NCBI GenBank assembly: GCA_965112155.1
Contig: OZ218113.1
DNA: 64,000 bases
Source: Podarcis liolepis
Taxonomy: Eukaryota
Direction: 5' to 3' (one strand)
Under the pieces are notes generated by a model, which ran no database searches, had not been told where the DNA came from, and was given only the letters and a program-made list of their open reading frames with translations. The translations under genes were made by a program, and so were the position numbers. Below are positions 36,262 to 49,467 of the stretch, piece after piece (positions within the stretch are counted from its first letter, which is position 1; each line of letters begins with the position of its first letter).

Positions 36262-36800
36262 GTGTAGACAGTATTGAGCGGTTGTTGTTTAGTTGTTTAG
36301 ACTCTTCGTGAGCTATTGAGCTAGACAGACCCAATGGATCTCACTTGGCATAAGGCAGTGTTTGAATGCTGCAAAGCATGATACTCTGGGTCGTGGGTTC
36401 GAGCACCACATTGGGCAAAAGATTCCTGCATTGCAGGGGGTTGGACTAGATGACCCTCGTGGTCCCATTTAACTCTAAAATTCTACAACTCTATGATAAT
36501 AAGAGGAAATGCAGTAGATTGTTGTAGCAGGTGGGAAAAGTAGACCGGGATCTTGCACCTTGCGTAGTGGTGTAGAAGATGGAACTTCTGCTGACAGAGC
36601 CTTTTTTAGGACATAGTGGAATGTGCAGTTGATATGGGCAGGCCGAATGAGGATTTCAACCCTGATCTTCTTTCTCCTGGTCACATGAGGTTTTGACCAC
36701 TGGCTTTCTTCACTCCATCTTACTAGCAAGTCTTAGTGGCCCTCTTGTAGCCAGGAGACTCAGCCATGGAACTTACAAAGCAGGCAAATGGGAAGGAAGG

Positions 36801-36948
36801 GCCATAGGTGGCTCAGTTGGTGGGGCATGAGACTCTTAATCTCCAGGTCGTGGGTTTGAGCCCCACCTTGGGCAAAAGATTCCTGCATTGCAGGGGGTTG
36901 GGCTGGATGACCCCGGGGTCCCTTCCAACTCTACAATTCTGTGATTCT
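36801..36948 (+). mobile_element. tRNA-Lys-derived SINE with CR1 tail (another copy near 36370-36500)
   Basis: gctcagttgg A-box, gagactcttaatctc anticodon arm, gggtttgagccc B-box, ccttccaactct...tgattct tail. Confidence 0.75.
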
Positions 36949-37658
36949 AAGAACTCAGTGGCAAAGCATCCAGGAGGCCCCTTGTTCAGTCCCCAGGCAT
37001 GACTAGTGGTGCCCTCTGTCTGAAACCCTGGAGAGCTGCTGCTGCTGCCAGTCTGTGTAGACAACACTCGACTAGATGCACCAAGGCAACTTTCTGAATA
37101 TGAAAGAATGACTCTTCTGTGTCCTCATAAAGGCAGTATTTTGCCTCCAGCATAGCAAAACTAGAAAGAGCATGAAATTTCCCCGCTTGTAGCAGGAGAG
37201 TCTCCCCCTTCGTTTGAGTCTCATTCTGTTGTCAGGTTTTTGATGGTGAGAGAGAGAAAGTGAGAACTGTATCAACTCTCAAAGAAGGAGGAAACTTAGT
37301 AGGCTCTAAACAACTGAGTTATATTATCAAGCTCCTTTCCTCTGTCGCTTACCACCACAGAGTACATTGAACTTGTTCCCCTGCGAAAAAGCAACAGAAT
37401 GCGTGTTGTGGTCATTTTATTATGTCACTGTTTGAAAAAAAAACATGTTTGCCTCTTTTCCTGAGTATCCACAGCGGTTTTTCTTTCTGCTCACAGACTG
37501 GCGACGGTGGGGGGAATTAGCAAGGACTTGGGTAGACGCAGAAACTTTTTGTAGACTTACTCGCAACGCTTACTCTTCTTGAACTCTTGACATTTCTTGC
37601 AATGACTTACAAAAAGCGAAGAATCTTTGTTTCTGTTCAGCTTTGGTACAGCTTTGTT

Positions 37659-37662
<4 letters not shown>

Positions 37663-37706
<44 letters not shown>
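37663..37706. repeat. (TC)n microsatellite
   Basis: Read directly from the sequence. Confidence 0.95.
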
Positions 37707-37712
<6 letters not shown>

Positions 37713-38226
37713 CCTCACCCCACTTTGATGATTCTTAATTTCGTTCAGATAGTTTCATACTATAGAGCTCTACCTCCAGGTGTCAGAAGCACTGTGCCTC
37801 TGAAGAACAGCTGGTGGGCACTGCAGGTGAGGGAGCTGCAGTTGTGTAGAGGTTCTGTTTGCAGGATTTCTGTGGGCACCTGGGCCTTAGGCTTGACCCG
37901 ACGGAGCTCTTTTGATGTTCACCCACACAGCTGAAGGCCCACCTGAACAGCGGCCTTGTCAAGTGTCTGAAGCAAGCAGTCAAAACAAGATTGATCTCCT
38001 GGTGGACCACCACGAAGGCCTGCGCTTAGGCTGATGCCTTGCAAGTTGGGCAGGCCTCTGCTGTGCTGTGGTTAAGAGTTGTTTGGAAACCAGGAAGAGA
38101 AGTTTGCATTAATTATAGTTAAGCATTATATCCGCATCAAGGAAACAGTAGCGTGGTGTTCTGCTTTTCTCAGACCTCGCCAGGAATACGATGCGCTGTT
38201 CTGGGCACGGCAGTTTAAGGAGGGTA

Positions 38227-38443
38227 CAGTGGTACCTCGGGTTAAGAACTTAATTCAGTCTGGAGGTCCGTTCTTAACCTGAAACTGTTCTTAACCTAAG
38301 GTAGCTTTAGCTAATGGGGCCTCTCGCTGCTGCCACGCCACTGCCGCATGATTTCTGTTCGTATCCTGAAGCAAAGTTCTTAACCCGAGATACTATTTCT
38401 GGGAGTCTGTAACCTGAAGCATCTGTAACCCGAGGTACCACTG
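38227..38443. mobile_element. Tc1/mariner Tigger-like MITE (cagtggtacctc family)
   Basis: TIR cagtggtacctcgggtta / taacccgaggtaccactg; TA TSD. Confidence 0.85.
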
Positions 38444-38810
38444 TATTGTCAAACTGGAATGTGTCCAGACTGTCACTGACCTTCCATATGTCTTTGATCA
38501 CAACTCTCATCAGACCCAATTAGCGTGGCTATAGTCCCATCCGCTCTGGCATCATGCAGGTGTGCTGTCTGGGGCTGGTGAGAGCTGTAATCCCAAACAT
38601 TGGCTTGGCAAAGGCTGGTCCGGAAGAAGGTGGGAAAGATGGTGTGAGGAGGCCAGAGATCAGGTCTGGCATTGAAGGGTTGACAGAGTTGGGTATGCTT
38701 TGGCCTGGAGAAGGCACCCTGTAGAGGCAGCACATCACCTTCGCCTGTTGCCCTGGCTCAACAAATCCACTTCAGAAACAAAACCGGGACTTTCTGAACT
38801 TAGAAAAGTT

Positions 38811-38965
38811 CAGTGCTTTTTTCCCCCCTGGGGGGACACAGAGGTATGCATACCCCTAAACATTTTGTGAATCTAAGTTTGGCCTCATTGAGGGGCAGTA
38901 TTTCAAAACGAGTAGGAAAATGAGAGTACCCCTAAACATATTTTTTTAAAAGAAAAGAAGCACTG
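38811..38965. mobile_element. hAT MITE
   Basis: cagtgctt / aagcactg TIR; perfect TSD gaaaagtt. Confidence 0.8.
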
Positions 38966-40125
38966 GAAAAGTTTATGAGGAACTGAATGGGAAAATGTGG
39001 GATTTGTTGGTACCTGTCTTTTCGAGAGACAATAGAGTGCACCTCCAGGGGTGAAGTTAAACCACTGCGTTAGCAGCAATGAAGCAGCCTTCCTTGGCCA
39101 CTTGCAACACATCCTGTAGAATTCTATCTGATCTGCACAATCTGAATGAATTTATGAATTTCAGGAATTCATAGTCTTTCAGTTTTTGGTGTCTGCTGGA
39201 AAAATGGGCAGTGACAGAGCAGCTGGATCTCTCTAGGCTAAGAGAATATTCTGTCATCCGTTGTGTCAGAGTGAGGGTGTCAGAGTCCCTTGTTGCCACC
39301 AATCCTTTGCCCGAGGGGGAAAACGACGCAAAGGGCCTTCAGAGGTGAGCAACCTTCTTGAGTCACTGAAACACAGCCTCAGGCTAACCTTGGATGTCAT
39401 CAAGGCACAATAAACCCAGTGAACCACTGTTATATCTACCCCAGGCCAGGCTTAAGAAGGAGGTTTCCACTTTAGTAGGGGGGAAATTAACAAGCTTTTT
39501 TCTTCCCGGTAATCTGTTGGTGGTAATGTATATAAAGCCATGCATAATCTTATTTGTGGGGAAATGGAGAGGATCTCTTTCCATATGTCTCTAGGCTTAA
39601 AGCAAATGAGGGCAGGTTTGCGTTTTGTCTTGATGGTGGTTAGAAACAAGGCCTTGATATGAGTAGTTGAACAGTGGTGCTACAGATGTAGTGCTTTACA
39701 GTCCTTTAGTGATATCTGTTTATAATATAAAAATATAAAAATACATACCATTAAAAAGCACACACACCTCTCCCATTGGTGGCAATATGAGCTCCCCCCA
39801 GAAGCTGCAGGGAGGGTGGGGTGTAATATTGTCAGTGTCACAACTCAGGAAGCGCGAAGCCCGCAGTCCTCTTGCTGTGCTGTGATTTAATTTACTCATT
39901 TTATTTCATTTAACACTATGTACATACTGCTTGGTTGTAAGTAAAACCTCTAAGTACTTTGCAAACAGAAAGAAAAACATCGGAATCGTCAATAAAAGAA
40001 AAAGTTAAGAACAGATTTTTAAAAAAAGTTAAAAAAATGTAATTAATATCAACAGTTCAGTTAAGAGCAGCTTAAACCACATGCTGGCTTCTATGCATCG
40101 GGGTAGGTTTCTCTGAACAAAAGTA

Positions 40126-40725
40126 CCGTATTTTTCGCCCTATAGGACGCACTTTTTCCCCTCCAAAAATGAAGGGGAAATCTGGGTGCGTCCTATGGGG
40201 CGAATGCAGGCTTTCGCTGAAGCCTAGAGAGCGAGAGGGGTCGGTGCACACCGACCCCTCTCGCTCTCCAGGCTTCAGGAAGCTCTGCGCAACCCTCGGG
40301 AGACCGGCTCCGAGGGTTGCGCAGAGCTGCCTGCAGTCCCCGGCTCAGCGCAGCTCTGCGTGGCCACCGGGAGCAGGGAGCGAAGTCCCACCCCGCTCCG
40401 GATGGCGGCGCAGAGCTGCCTGCAGTCCTGGGATCAGTGCAGCTCTGCGCGGCCACCGGGAGCGGGGCGCTAAGTCCCGCCCCGCTCCGGATGGCGGCGC
40501 AGAGCTGCCTGCAGTCCCGGGATCAGCGCACTTCTCCCCATCGCCAGCCCCACAAGCTCGGGGGACAGCGGGGAGGCAGAGCGTGCCTTCCCACTGTTCC
40601 CCGACCTGGTTCTTCCAGCCCCGCACCTGGGGGGGAAATAAAATTTTGTTTCTTTATTTCCCCCCCCCAAAAAAAAACTAGGTGCGTCCTATGGGCCGGA
40701 GCGTCCTATGGGGCGCAAAATACGG
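40126..40725. mobile_element. Tc1/mariner-type MITE (CCGTA TIR) with GC-rich hairpins and an 89-bp internal tandem repeat
   Basis: ta|ccgtattttt.cgccc.ataggacgc ... gcgtcctatggggcgcaaaatacgg|ta. Confidence 0.85.
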
Positions 40726-42722
40726 TATTTTACCAGGTGCCCAAAAGATTGCAGCGAAGGCACCTTGCTTGATTGCTGATAGGGAATTCCAAAGAAAGAG
40801 TGCTGCCATGCTAAAAGATCAATTTCTTCCAAGTGTAAAAGCAAAACTACTATATCTGGTTTTGCCCTAAGAAGCAAAAAGTGGTTGCCTCTATATCTTC
40901 TGTGCATGCAGAGTTTCTGCAGGGTTTCAAGAAGGAAGTCTCTCCCAGCCCCACTTGGAGATGGCAGAGATAGAGACTGGGATCTTTCACATACAAGGCA
41001 GGCGCTCTACAGCCCTCGCCCTCCCTAGACGTGTGACATACTCATGGTTGGTCCCCAGTCTGGGATGGTTGCCAGTTCACAGCCAGCCTTCACTTTCCAA
41101 ATTATTAATTTCACTTGCAAATTGGCACTATTTACTCAGCTGTGGGTTGTTGTTTTTTTGGATCTGCTCCCTGGCTCGAGGTGTCTGTGGGACTTCATGT
41201 TCCCGGTTTTGGCACTTATCCCTTGACTTGCAAGACAGGAGGATCCCAGAGCAGGATGTGCTCTGTTTTCGGAGACTACAAAGCCCATCATCCCTTACTA
41301 GCAGGACCAGTGGTCAGGGATGATGGGAATTGTAGTCCAAAAGCAGCTGGAGACCTAGGTTTGAGAAACCCTGCTTTGCAACATGGATGTAGGACCCATG
41401 GCCCTCCAGTTGTTGCTAGACTACAACTCCCATCATCCCTGACCAACAGCCATGGTTGGCTGGGGCTGATGGGACCTGAGAGTCCAATAGTGTCTTGGAG
41501 GACACCAGATCCCCCAGCCCTTGTTGCAGCTGCCCCTTCTCATTCTTTTGTACTTGAGATCCTTCTAAGTCTGGAGTCCTGTATGCCTTTGTTTGGAAGC
41601 AAGTCCCATTGAACCAAAGACTTTCTTCTGAGTAAACAGGCATATAAGTTTTAACATTTTACCCCCTGAGAACCTAGGGGCGGATTTACTAAAGTTCCCT
41701 TCAGGGATAGGTGCTGCCCATGCAATTATTTAGAGGAGGGGTGATATATCTTTGACTCTCGAGGTGTTGCTGAACAATAACTTCCATCTGCCCCAGCAAG
41801 CATGACCGACATCTCCAGCAACACCCAATTTATTAATTAAATAGGTCTGTTGTTCTGTTCTGTGTCTGACCTGAGATCCGTTGCTATACAGCTTCAAATC
41901 CTCAGATCGGCACTTTTGATAAACAGATAACATGCCCCCCCCCCCCCGGAGAAGGGGAGATGCCAAACTGGGGAGCTGGTGTGTTTTTTCTGGAGCAACC
42001 AGCGGTTTTACAATATTGACAAAATCAGCGATGGCTGTTCCCCATTGCGGACTGGCGAGGTGAAATGCAAGGAGCCCAGTAGAAGCCAGAGCCTATGGAC
42101 AAACCTTTGAACTATACAGAGCTCTTTGTCTGCCAAACCAAAGGATTATATCTGGTGCTAATCTTACTCAGATTAATTGAAATGAATGGCTCTACATTAG
42201 TCATTTCCGTTATTTTCAGTGGGTCTACTTTGAGCAGGACTAGCACTGAATGCAACTGGAAGCATATCCACTGCCCATCACAACTTCAGTAGTTGTGATC
42301 TTTGAAGCCAAAGTCTTCAAACACTGCCCCAGGGTTTTCTACTGTTTTTGGTGGGGGGGAGGAAAAACAAAAGCTCTCAAATTCTGAGCAAACGGGTCTT
42401 GTTGATTCTTGTGTTTTGCTCACCTTTTCTCCCCCTGATAATACCTTTCGCAAGTCTAAACACATTAATTTCTTGCTCGGGTGTGGCTTTTGAGCACAGT
42501 GCGCCAGGCGCAAAAGTACGTACAAAGGAGAGGGTTGCGGCAAGGGTGACTCACTTGGAGCCGGGTTATCTCTGTGCCTGGCTTTACCTGAAAGACCTGT
42601 CATGATATTAATGCAAATAGAAGGGGGAAGGTATTAACGGCTGACAGGTTTATAAGATTCCCTTTCTCTGCAATCTCTTCCACCTAACCCATTGTTGCCT
42701 TGGTCCTCTGGCTTGAAAAATA

Positions 42723-43066
42723 CAGTGGTGCCCCGCAAGACGAATGCCTCGCAAGACGGAAAACTCGCTAGACGAAAGAGTTTTCCGTTTTGGAGGTGCT
42801 TCGCAAAACGAATTTCCTATGGGCTTGCTTCGCAAGACGACAATGTCTTGTGAGTTCCTGCTGGTTTTTTTCCCCTCCCCCCCTTTTTCTAAGCCGCTAA
42901 GCCGCTTATCAGCTGATCCGATCAGCAGATAAGCCGCTAAAAGCCGCTAATAGCGCTAATAGCGCTAATCCGCTAATCCGTCAATGGGCTTGCTTCGCAA
43001 GACGAAAAAACCGCTAGACGAAGAGAATCACAGAACGGATTCTTTTCGTCGTGCGAGGCACCACTG
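42723..43066. mobile_element. Tc1/mariner MITE (cagtggtgcccc family), short 344-bp form
   Basis: TA TSD; TIR cagtggtgcc / ggcaccactg; gcaagacgaa subrepeats; same ends as 60296-62537. Confidence 0.85.
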
Positions 43067-43298
43067 TAATGGCAGCCCTATTAGTATTTTGCGGGTACTG
43101 CCCTTTGGGACTGGGGTGGGTGGGCAGGAGGAGGGGAGCCCCACAGGAGGAGGAGCCAGAGGCAGAGCCAAAGCCAACAAGAGGCAGCGGCAATTAATTC
43201 TAGTTTTGTCTCCATTTTCCTCCCTGTCTGCAAAACGGAGACAGAAGAGAAGAAAGGTGACAGGCCTGCCTATAAGTATGAAGGCCAGGCTTGTGAGG

Positions 43299-43434
43299 CA
43301 GGCTTCCTCAACCTTGGCCCTTCAGATGTTTTTGGCCTACAACTCCCATGATCCCTAGCTAGCAGGACCAGTGGTCAGGGATGGTGGGAATTGTAGACTC
43401 AAAACATCTGGAGGGCCGAGGTTGAGGAAGCCTG
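43299..43434. mobile_element. Palindromic hAT MITE, same family; truncated copy near 63750-63860
   Basis: Long TIR caggcttcctcaacc / ggttgaggaagcctg. Confidence 0.8.
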
Positions 43435-44217
43435 TTGAGGTAAGGTGAAGGTCTAGAGTAACTATAATATGCAGCATAAATTGAAATTTTGAGGGAACCA
43501 TGGAGGGAAGGGAAGTCATAGGTGGAATGGTTGCTAAATTTGAAATGTTGTCGGATTGTTTATTTGTTGAAAACTTATAGAAAGAAAATTATAAAGAATA
43601 GAAAGGGGGCGGAGACCATCTCTCTGTTCTGGGATTCCTTTCTCAAGAGTGGACAGCCTCATGGCTCCTGGAAGCTCATGAGATGTGACCCTTGCTGTTT
43701 ATTCCAAGCCTCTGGTATTCGGCAGTGCACTTGCCTCTGAACTTGGAGGCTCCATTTGTCCAGTCTTCTTCTAAAGCCAAGTAAGTTGGTGGCCCCATTG
43801 CCTCCTGTGGAAGTGAGTTCCATAGTTTCAGCTATGTGCTGTGTGAAGAAGGACTTTCCTTTTGTCTGTCCTCCTGAACCGGCTTCCATGGATGTCCTGG
43901 AGTTTCAGCATTATGAGAAACCTTTTCTCTGTCCACTTTCTGCACGCCTCGGGTCATAAACGTGGCTGGAGGGTATGGTGCTCCCAGGCTCACCTTGCCA
44001 AGGGTGGGGTGGGTGGATGTCTTTATGTGCATGCCAAATGTCTCATCTAATTGACTCGTGTTGGGTTAATCTTCTGCACATGCACAAACTCTGTAAACCT
44101 CCCCAGACCTAGCGAAAGCCAGCCCTCCACAGTTTTACCCAACTCACACACACCCTGCATTCAAGATTGCAACAAATAAAATATTTTTAAAATCCCATAT
44201 CTATGAATTAGGAATTA

Positions 44218-44432
44218 CAGTCGTACTTCGGCTCCCAAACACTTTGGGAGTTGAACGTTCCAGCTCCCAGAAGATTGAAAACCGGAAGTGAGTGTTCCTG
44301 TTTTCGAACGTTCGTTTGGAAGCCGAACATCCAACAGGGCTTCTGATGAGAAGCCGTGCTTTGGAAGTCGAACGTTTTGGAAATCAAATGGACTTCCGGA
44401 ATGGATTCTGTTCGACTTCTGAAGTACAACTG
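44218..44432. mobile_element. Tc1/mariner MITE
   Basis: ta|cagtcgtacttc ... gaagtacaactg|ta. Confidence 0.75.
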
Positions 44433-44725
44433 TACCAGCAAAGCAGAGGAAGAAGGATATTTTGCTAGACTCCAGAGTAGGGATTGGGGGGGGGGGGGGA
44501 TTGGATCTTGTTTCCATTTTAAGAAGAAACAACCTAATTCACACTTGTTGAACCAATGCATGAACCCAGAGATTGTTATCCTTCAAAATGTGCATTTCTC
44601 TGAAATTTGCAGTGCAGTTCTCCCACCAACCAGTGTTTACAAAAATGCGCTTATTAGAGGAAAGTATGCATAATGCATATATTAGTGAAACTGAGAAAAT
44701 TGCTAGCAAAAAAAAAAAAAAAAAG

Positions 44726-44800
44726 TGGGTTGTATCCCACAAAGAATAGATACAGTGAAATAAAATTTCACTGTATCTACTCTTTGCTGGATACAACCCA
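44726..44800. repeat. 35-bp inverted repeat with a 5-nt loop, flanked by A and T runs
   Basis: tgggttgtatcc...cagtgaaa taaaa tttcactg...ggatacaaccca; 3 mismatches. Confidence 0.9.
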
Positions 44801-46689
44801 TTTTTTTTCAGTCAGTCTAGATACAGCCATCAGTTTATTAGGAGAAATTGGCACTGGAACCCTGACAAATTTCCATAAGAATTTTAAAAAGCACAACCAA
44901 ATTGCTAGAGAAATATGGAGAATTTGAGATTTGAAAAATGAGAAACAAGAAATGAGAGATTCATTTATCCCTAGTCCGAAGAGACGATTTTGCTGGCTTA
45001 AAGTACTAGTAAGTCAGTGAAGAAAATGGATTTATTTGGAGGGGCCTTTCCTGAGGAACCGCATTTACCAAATATCTGTTCTTTTTGCAATAGATCTATC
45101 ATCACATTTGCTTTAAACTTTGTTTTCATCCCTCACCCTACACACCTTTTCCTGCAAATGTGTGCTAAACCTTCCCCAAAGCTGGGCTGAACTCCAGAAC
45201 CTGTCTTCCAGGCACAGCCGAAAATATTTACATTCCTGAGGTAGAAATTCCTAAATGACATCTGCCCTCTACAGCATTGTTGTTGTTGTTTTATTTTTTT
45301 AAAAAATAGCAGCAGCAGTAATAATAATAATAGAATAATAGTTTGGGATACTTCATCCTTGTCTGCCTGTCTGTCTGTCTACTTACTGTATTAACAGTAA
45401 GGACTAAATACGTTTTTTAAAGGCCTAAGTTTGTCACGTCCACTAATTTCAATGGATCTCCTTTGAGTGGAATTAACTTTGAATACGATCCGAGGCTTCC
45501 AGGTCTGAGAGTCCCCATTCCAGGCAAGGATATGTACATAAACCCTGACATTCCTCTCTACAAATGAACAGCCAGCAGAACTGGCGCAAGGGAAGGTGAT
45601 CTGTCTTGCTATTCAGCAGATGTAGCTGTGCAGAGAGAAAGAGACACACACAGAAAGAGAGGCTCTGATACAGTTGCTGATACCATTTTGGGCTTCTGAC
45701 TGCTTGGAGCTGGAATGCCATGGGTAGGACAGATGGCATTTTGCAAGCGTTGGCAGTCTGTAGGGGTGAGTGGATCCCTCAGTTTCGGTTTCTCATTTTT
45801 TACAGCCTTACAGTTCTCCACATTTCTATATCGGTTTGCAATTATTATTCGAAAGACCCTCATGGAAATTCATCAGCATTTTAAAGCACTCTTCCCTAAC
45901 ACACACCTTTTTTTTTTGCAGAGGAGTTTTTTCAAATATTAATGCGTTCTTTATGTTATCTTTGTTGATATGTGCATTTCAATACACAAAATGCATGTTA
46001 GTAACACACTTTTGCGTTGCAAAATTCAGATAAATGCAAAATTCACAGGACAGCTTGAGTTTGTTTTTTTGAAACCTGTGAATTGAGTCACTTGGCCTTG
46101 AAATGCAACCTGGACCAATTTTCTCCTCTTTCCTTATCTGCACCCCATGTTTGTTTATATTTTTTTAAAAGCACACCTCTATGTCTACCTAACCCAAATT
46201 CTGCTCCTAGAGAAGCTGGATGCCACAACCCGCATAGATTATGCAAATGCAACAGATCAGTATAATTGCAGTTCCTTTGCATGATTTCAAAGCCTCCTTC
46301 CCTAACCCCTGGCTTCCGAGATGACACGAGGCTTTGCCAGCATGCCTCTTTCAAGGAAAGTGTGCAGCATTTGGGACTTCTTAGCATAGAGAAGAGGCAA
46401 GCGACCATTTACTGTATGTATTTTTCCTGATTCGAACTATAAAATGGTGATTTTCTTGAGTAAAAATGAGAGTACCTCTAAACAATTTTTTTTTAGAAAA
46501 AAAGCACTGGGTAGGGGATTTTGTCTCTCGCTCACTTATAATGCTAGAACTCATGGGTGAATCTGAGCATTGAAAGAATCAGAACAGGCAAAAAAAAAGG
46601 GGGGGAGACAGTTCAACACAGTTGAAATTTGCTCCCCCAGGAGGCAGCGATGGCCACCAACTTGGATGGCTTTAAAAGAGGATTGGTGG

Positions 46690-46830
46690 TGCAGCAATAG
46701 ATTGGCTTGCACATTTGCAAAGCTAAGCAGGGTCTGGTATGGTTTCAAATTGGATGGGAGACCATGTGTTGAGATGCCTACATTGCAGGGTTTGGACTTA
46801 GATGGCCCTTAGGGTCCCTTCCAACTTCAA
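46690..46830 (+). mobile_element. SINE with a 5S-rRNA-like head and CR1-type tail, second copy
   Basis: aagctaagcagggtctggtatggtttcaaattggatgggagacc resembles the 5S internal promoter. Confidence 0.55.
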
Positions 46831-48981
46831 ATCATGAAAGATAAGGCTATCAGTGTCTATTATCCCTGTTAGTGATGCCCTGCTTCCATAGCTGGAGGCA
46901 GTATGCTTCTGAAAGCTAGTTGCTGGAAACTGCGAAGAGTGTTCTTCTGCTTGGGGCGTCATGCTTGGGGGCTTCCTGCAGGCATCTCTTGGGCCGCTGT
47001 GACAGCAGGATGCAGGATTAGCTTGGCTTGGGCCTGATCCAGCAAAGCTCTTATGTTCAAGCTTGTCTTCACAGCCATAAGAGCTAGGAAGCTGAAACTT
47101 GCTTTTCTTTAAAAGCAAGCAAGATGGGAGTCTTGGGGAAATTGGTCTCCAGACTGCTGCCTTCTGCATTACCCCTGCCTCTTGCATTCCTTCTGCAACC
47201 GCTGTGCGCCAGACGAGTGCAACTTGGGAGTAAGGCCTGTGACTCAGCGGCAAAGCTTGTAACTTTTTGCATAAAAAGGCTCCATCTGCAGGCAAGGGCG
47301 TCCGACTGGCAACAGCCCTCCAAGGTTCGGACAAGGGTCTTCCCAGCTATGCTAGGGATTTGACCTGTGCTCCTTCTACCACTAAGCTACAACCCTTCCT
47401 CTAAAAAAGGAAGTCCGGTGACATCCACACCTGATACACCTGAAGCACTCTTATACCAGGTGAGCAGTCATGGACACACCTAGAAATAGTAGTTGGAAGT
47501 TTGAGCCCTGTGAACAAACTACAGTTCCCAGAACTCTTTGGGGAAGACGCTGATGATGTGGATGAGAGAATAATAATAATAATAACCTGCCCTGTGGAAT
47601 AATAATAATAATAATAACCTGCCCTGTGGAACGCCCTCCTATCAGATGTCAAGGAGATAAACAACTATCTAACTTTTAGAAGACATCTGAAGGCAGCCCT
47701 GTTCAGGGAAGTTTTTAATGTTTGATGTTTTGGTCAGGGTATTATTATCATTATTATCATCATTATTATGTCATGATGCTTAAAGTAGCATAAGAGTGCA
47801 TTAAATGTGTGGTGTGAGATTCTAACCCTCATGGTTTTCTTGGGACATAGGAAGCTGCCTTAGATAAGATCAGACTATTTGTCTACCTAACCCAACATTG
47901 TCTGCACTAACTGGCAGGAGCTCTTCAGGGTCTTCGGGGGTTTGGTTTGCTCAGCTGAGCAGAAAATGGTCTTCCTCAACACCTGCTCCCTGATCCTTTT
48001 TTAAACTGGAGATGCCAAGAATTGAACTCGGGACCTTCTGCAGGCAAAGCAGGTGCTTTGCCACTGAGTTGCAGTCCTTCTGTGGGGCTTGAAGAAGTAA
48101 AAAGAACAAATTTTAGCCGATTTTGGACCATTTTCTTCAAAGGGAAAGATATTTTCGCAGGCAGCGCTACAATCCAAAGGATTCCGGAAGGATGTCCCCT
48201 TCCATCCAAATAACATAATCATATTGTGCAGTGTCTTGTTTTCTTAATTTGGCTTTTAATGTACTTTGTGTGTATATAAAGTAATTAACAAATATGGTAA
48301 ATAGTGATAATGATACTAAAGCTTCCCTTTTCTAGGGTTGCCGTATTTCAAAAAGTAAAAACCAGGGCACCCCCCCAAAATTGTCACGCTTTCTAAAGGA
48401 AAACCCGAAAGTTGTTGCGCTTTCTTTTTTACATAAACACCAAAACACACACACTATTTCTCGTTTACTTGCTGAAGATCCAGGACAAACCACTGCCTTC
48501 CAGAAATCCCCACCCCACCCCCGGACGTCACTTCCACCTTTGAAATCCCGGTAATGTCTGGAAAATCCCGGATGTATGACATTCCTACCCTTTCCCTTCT
48601 CAGTAATTGTGAGGACTAGAGACTTAGCATTCTTAAAGAGCCAGGATGGGCAGGAGGAAATCTGAAAGGTTGGGGGGCTATACTGATGGTACTCCCTTTT
48701 TGTTTTGCCTGGCCTGTTCCATTGGCAATTTTCCATACTGCTCTGAGAAATATCCACGTTTCTGTCTAGGAACCTAGGAATATGCTTTACACTGATTCAG
48801 ACCTTTGGTCTATCTAGCTTGGCACTGTCTGAACGAAATGGCAGCGACTGTCCAGAGTTTCTGGAGATGCTGAGGATTGAGCCTTCTACATGCCAATCAG
48901 ATGCTCTACCACTGAACCAAAGCTCTGTGTGTTTAATGCCATCTTTATCTGTTTCAGGAGGGCTTCACCCAATTGCCCGAG

Positions 48982-49248
48982 ATGTCGGAAGAGGTCATTG
49001 TGCCTATCTATTGCACGGGGGTCTCCGCTCAGGTCCAGAAGCAGCGGGCCAAAGACCTGGGCTTGGGTAAAAACGAGAATGCAATCAAGTACCTGAACCA
49101 GGATTACGAGAGGCTTCGCAACGAGTGCTTGCAGAGTGGAGCCCTTTTCAGGGATGACACCTTCCCCGCCACAGCCTCTTCCCTGGGTTTCAAGGAGCTT
49201 GGGCCGAATTCCTCCAAGACGTATGGAGTCAAGTGGAAACGGCCTACG
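48982..49248 (+). CDS. CAPN1: Calpain-1 catalytic subunit, first coding exon ([22 protein letters not shown]...WKRPT)
   Basis: Acceptor at 48957, gagATG start, gtgaga donor; 267 nt; mu-calpain-type N-terminus; synteny with SYVN1 and SPDYC. Confidence 0.97.
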
Positions 49249-49331
49249 GTGAGACTCAAGAAATGGCGCAGGTTGCAACCCAGAATATCTTTGACCTTGA
49301 GTTATGTCTTGCTATTGGCATCAGTTTAGCC

Positions 49332-49467
49332 CAGGCATAGGCAAACTCAGCCCTCCAGATGTTGTGAGACTACAATTCCCATAATCCCTGACCACTGGTC
49401 CTGTAAGCTAGGGATCATGGGAGTTGTAGTCCCAAAACATCTGGAGGGCCGAGTTTGCCTATGCCTG
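49332..49467. mobile_element. Palindromic hAT MITE
   Basis: TIR caggcataggcaaactc / gagtttgcctatgcctg; TSD gtttagcc / gcttagcc. Confidence 0.85.

Noticed and set aside
36801-36875. tRNA-Lys gene
   Set aside because: Degenerate stems, directly fused to a CR1-type tail and multi-copy, so it is a SINE head
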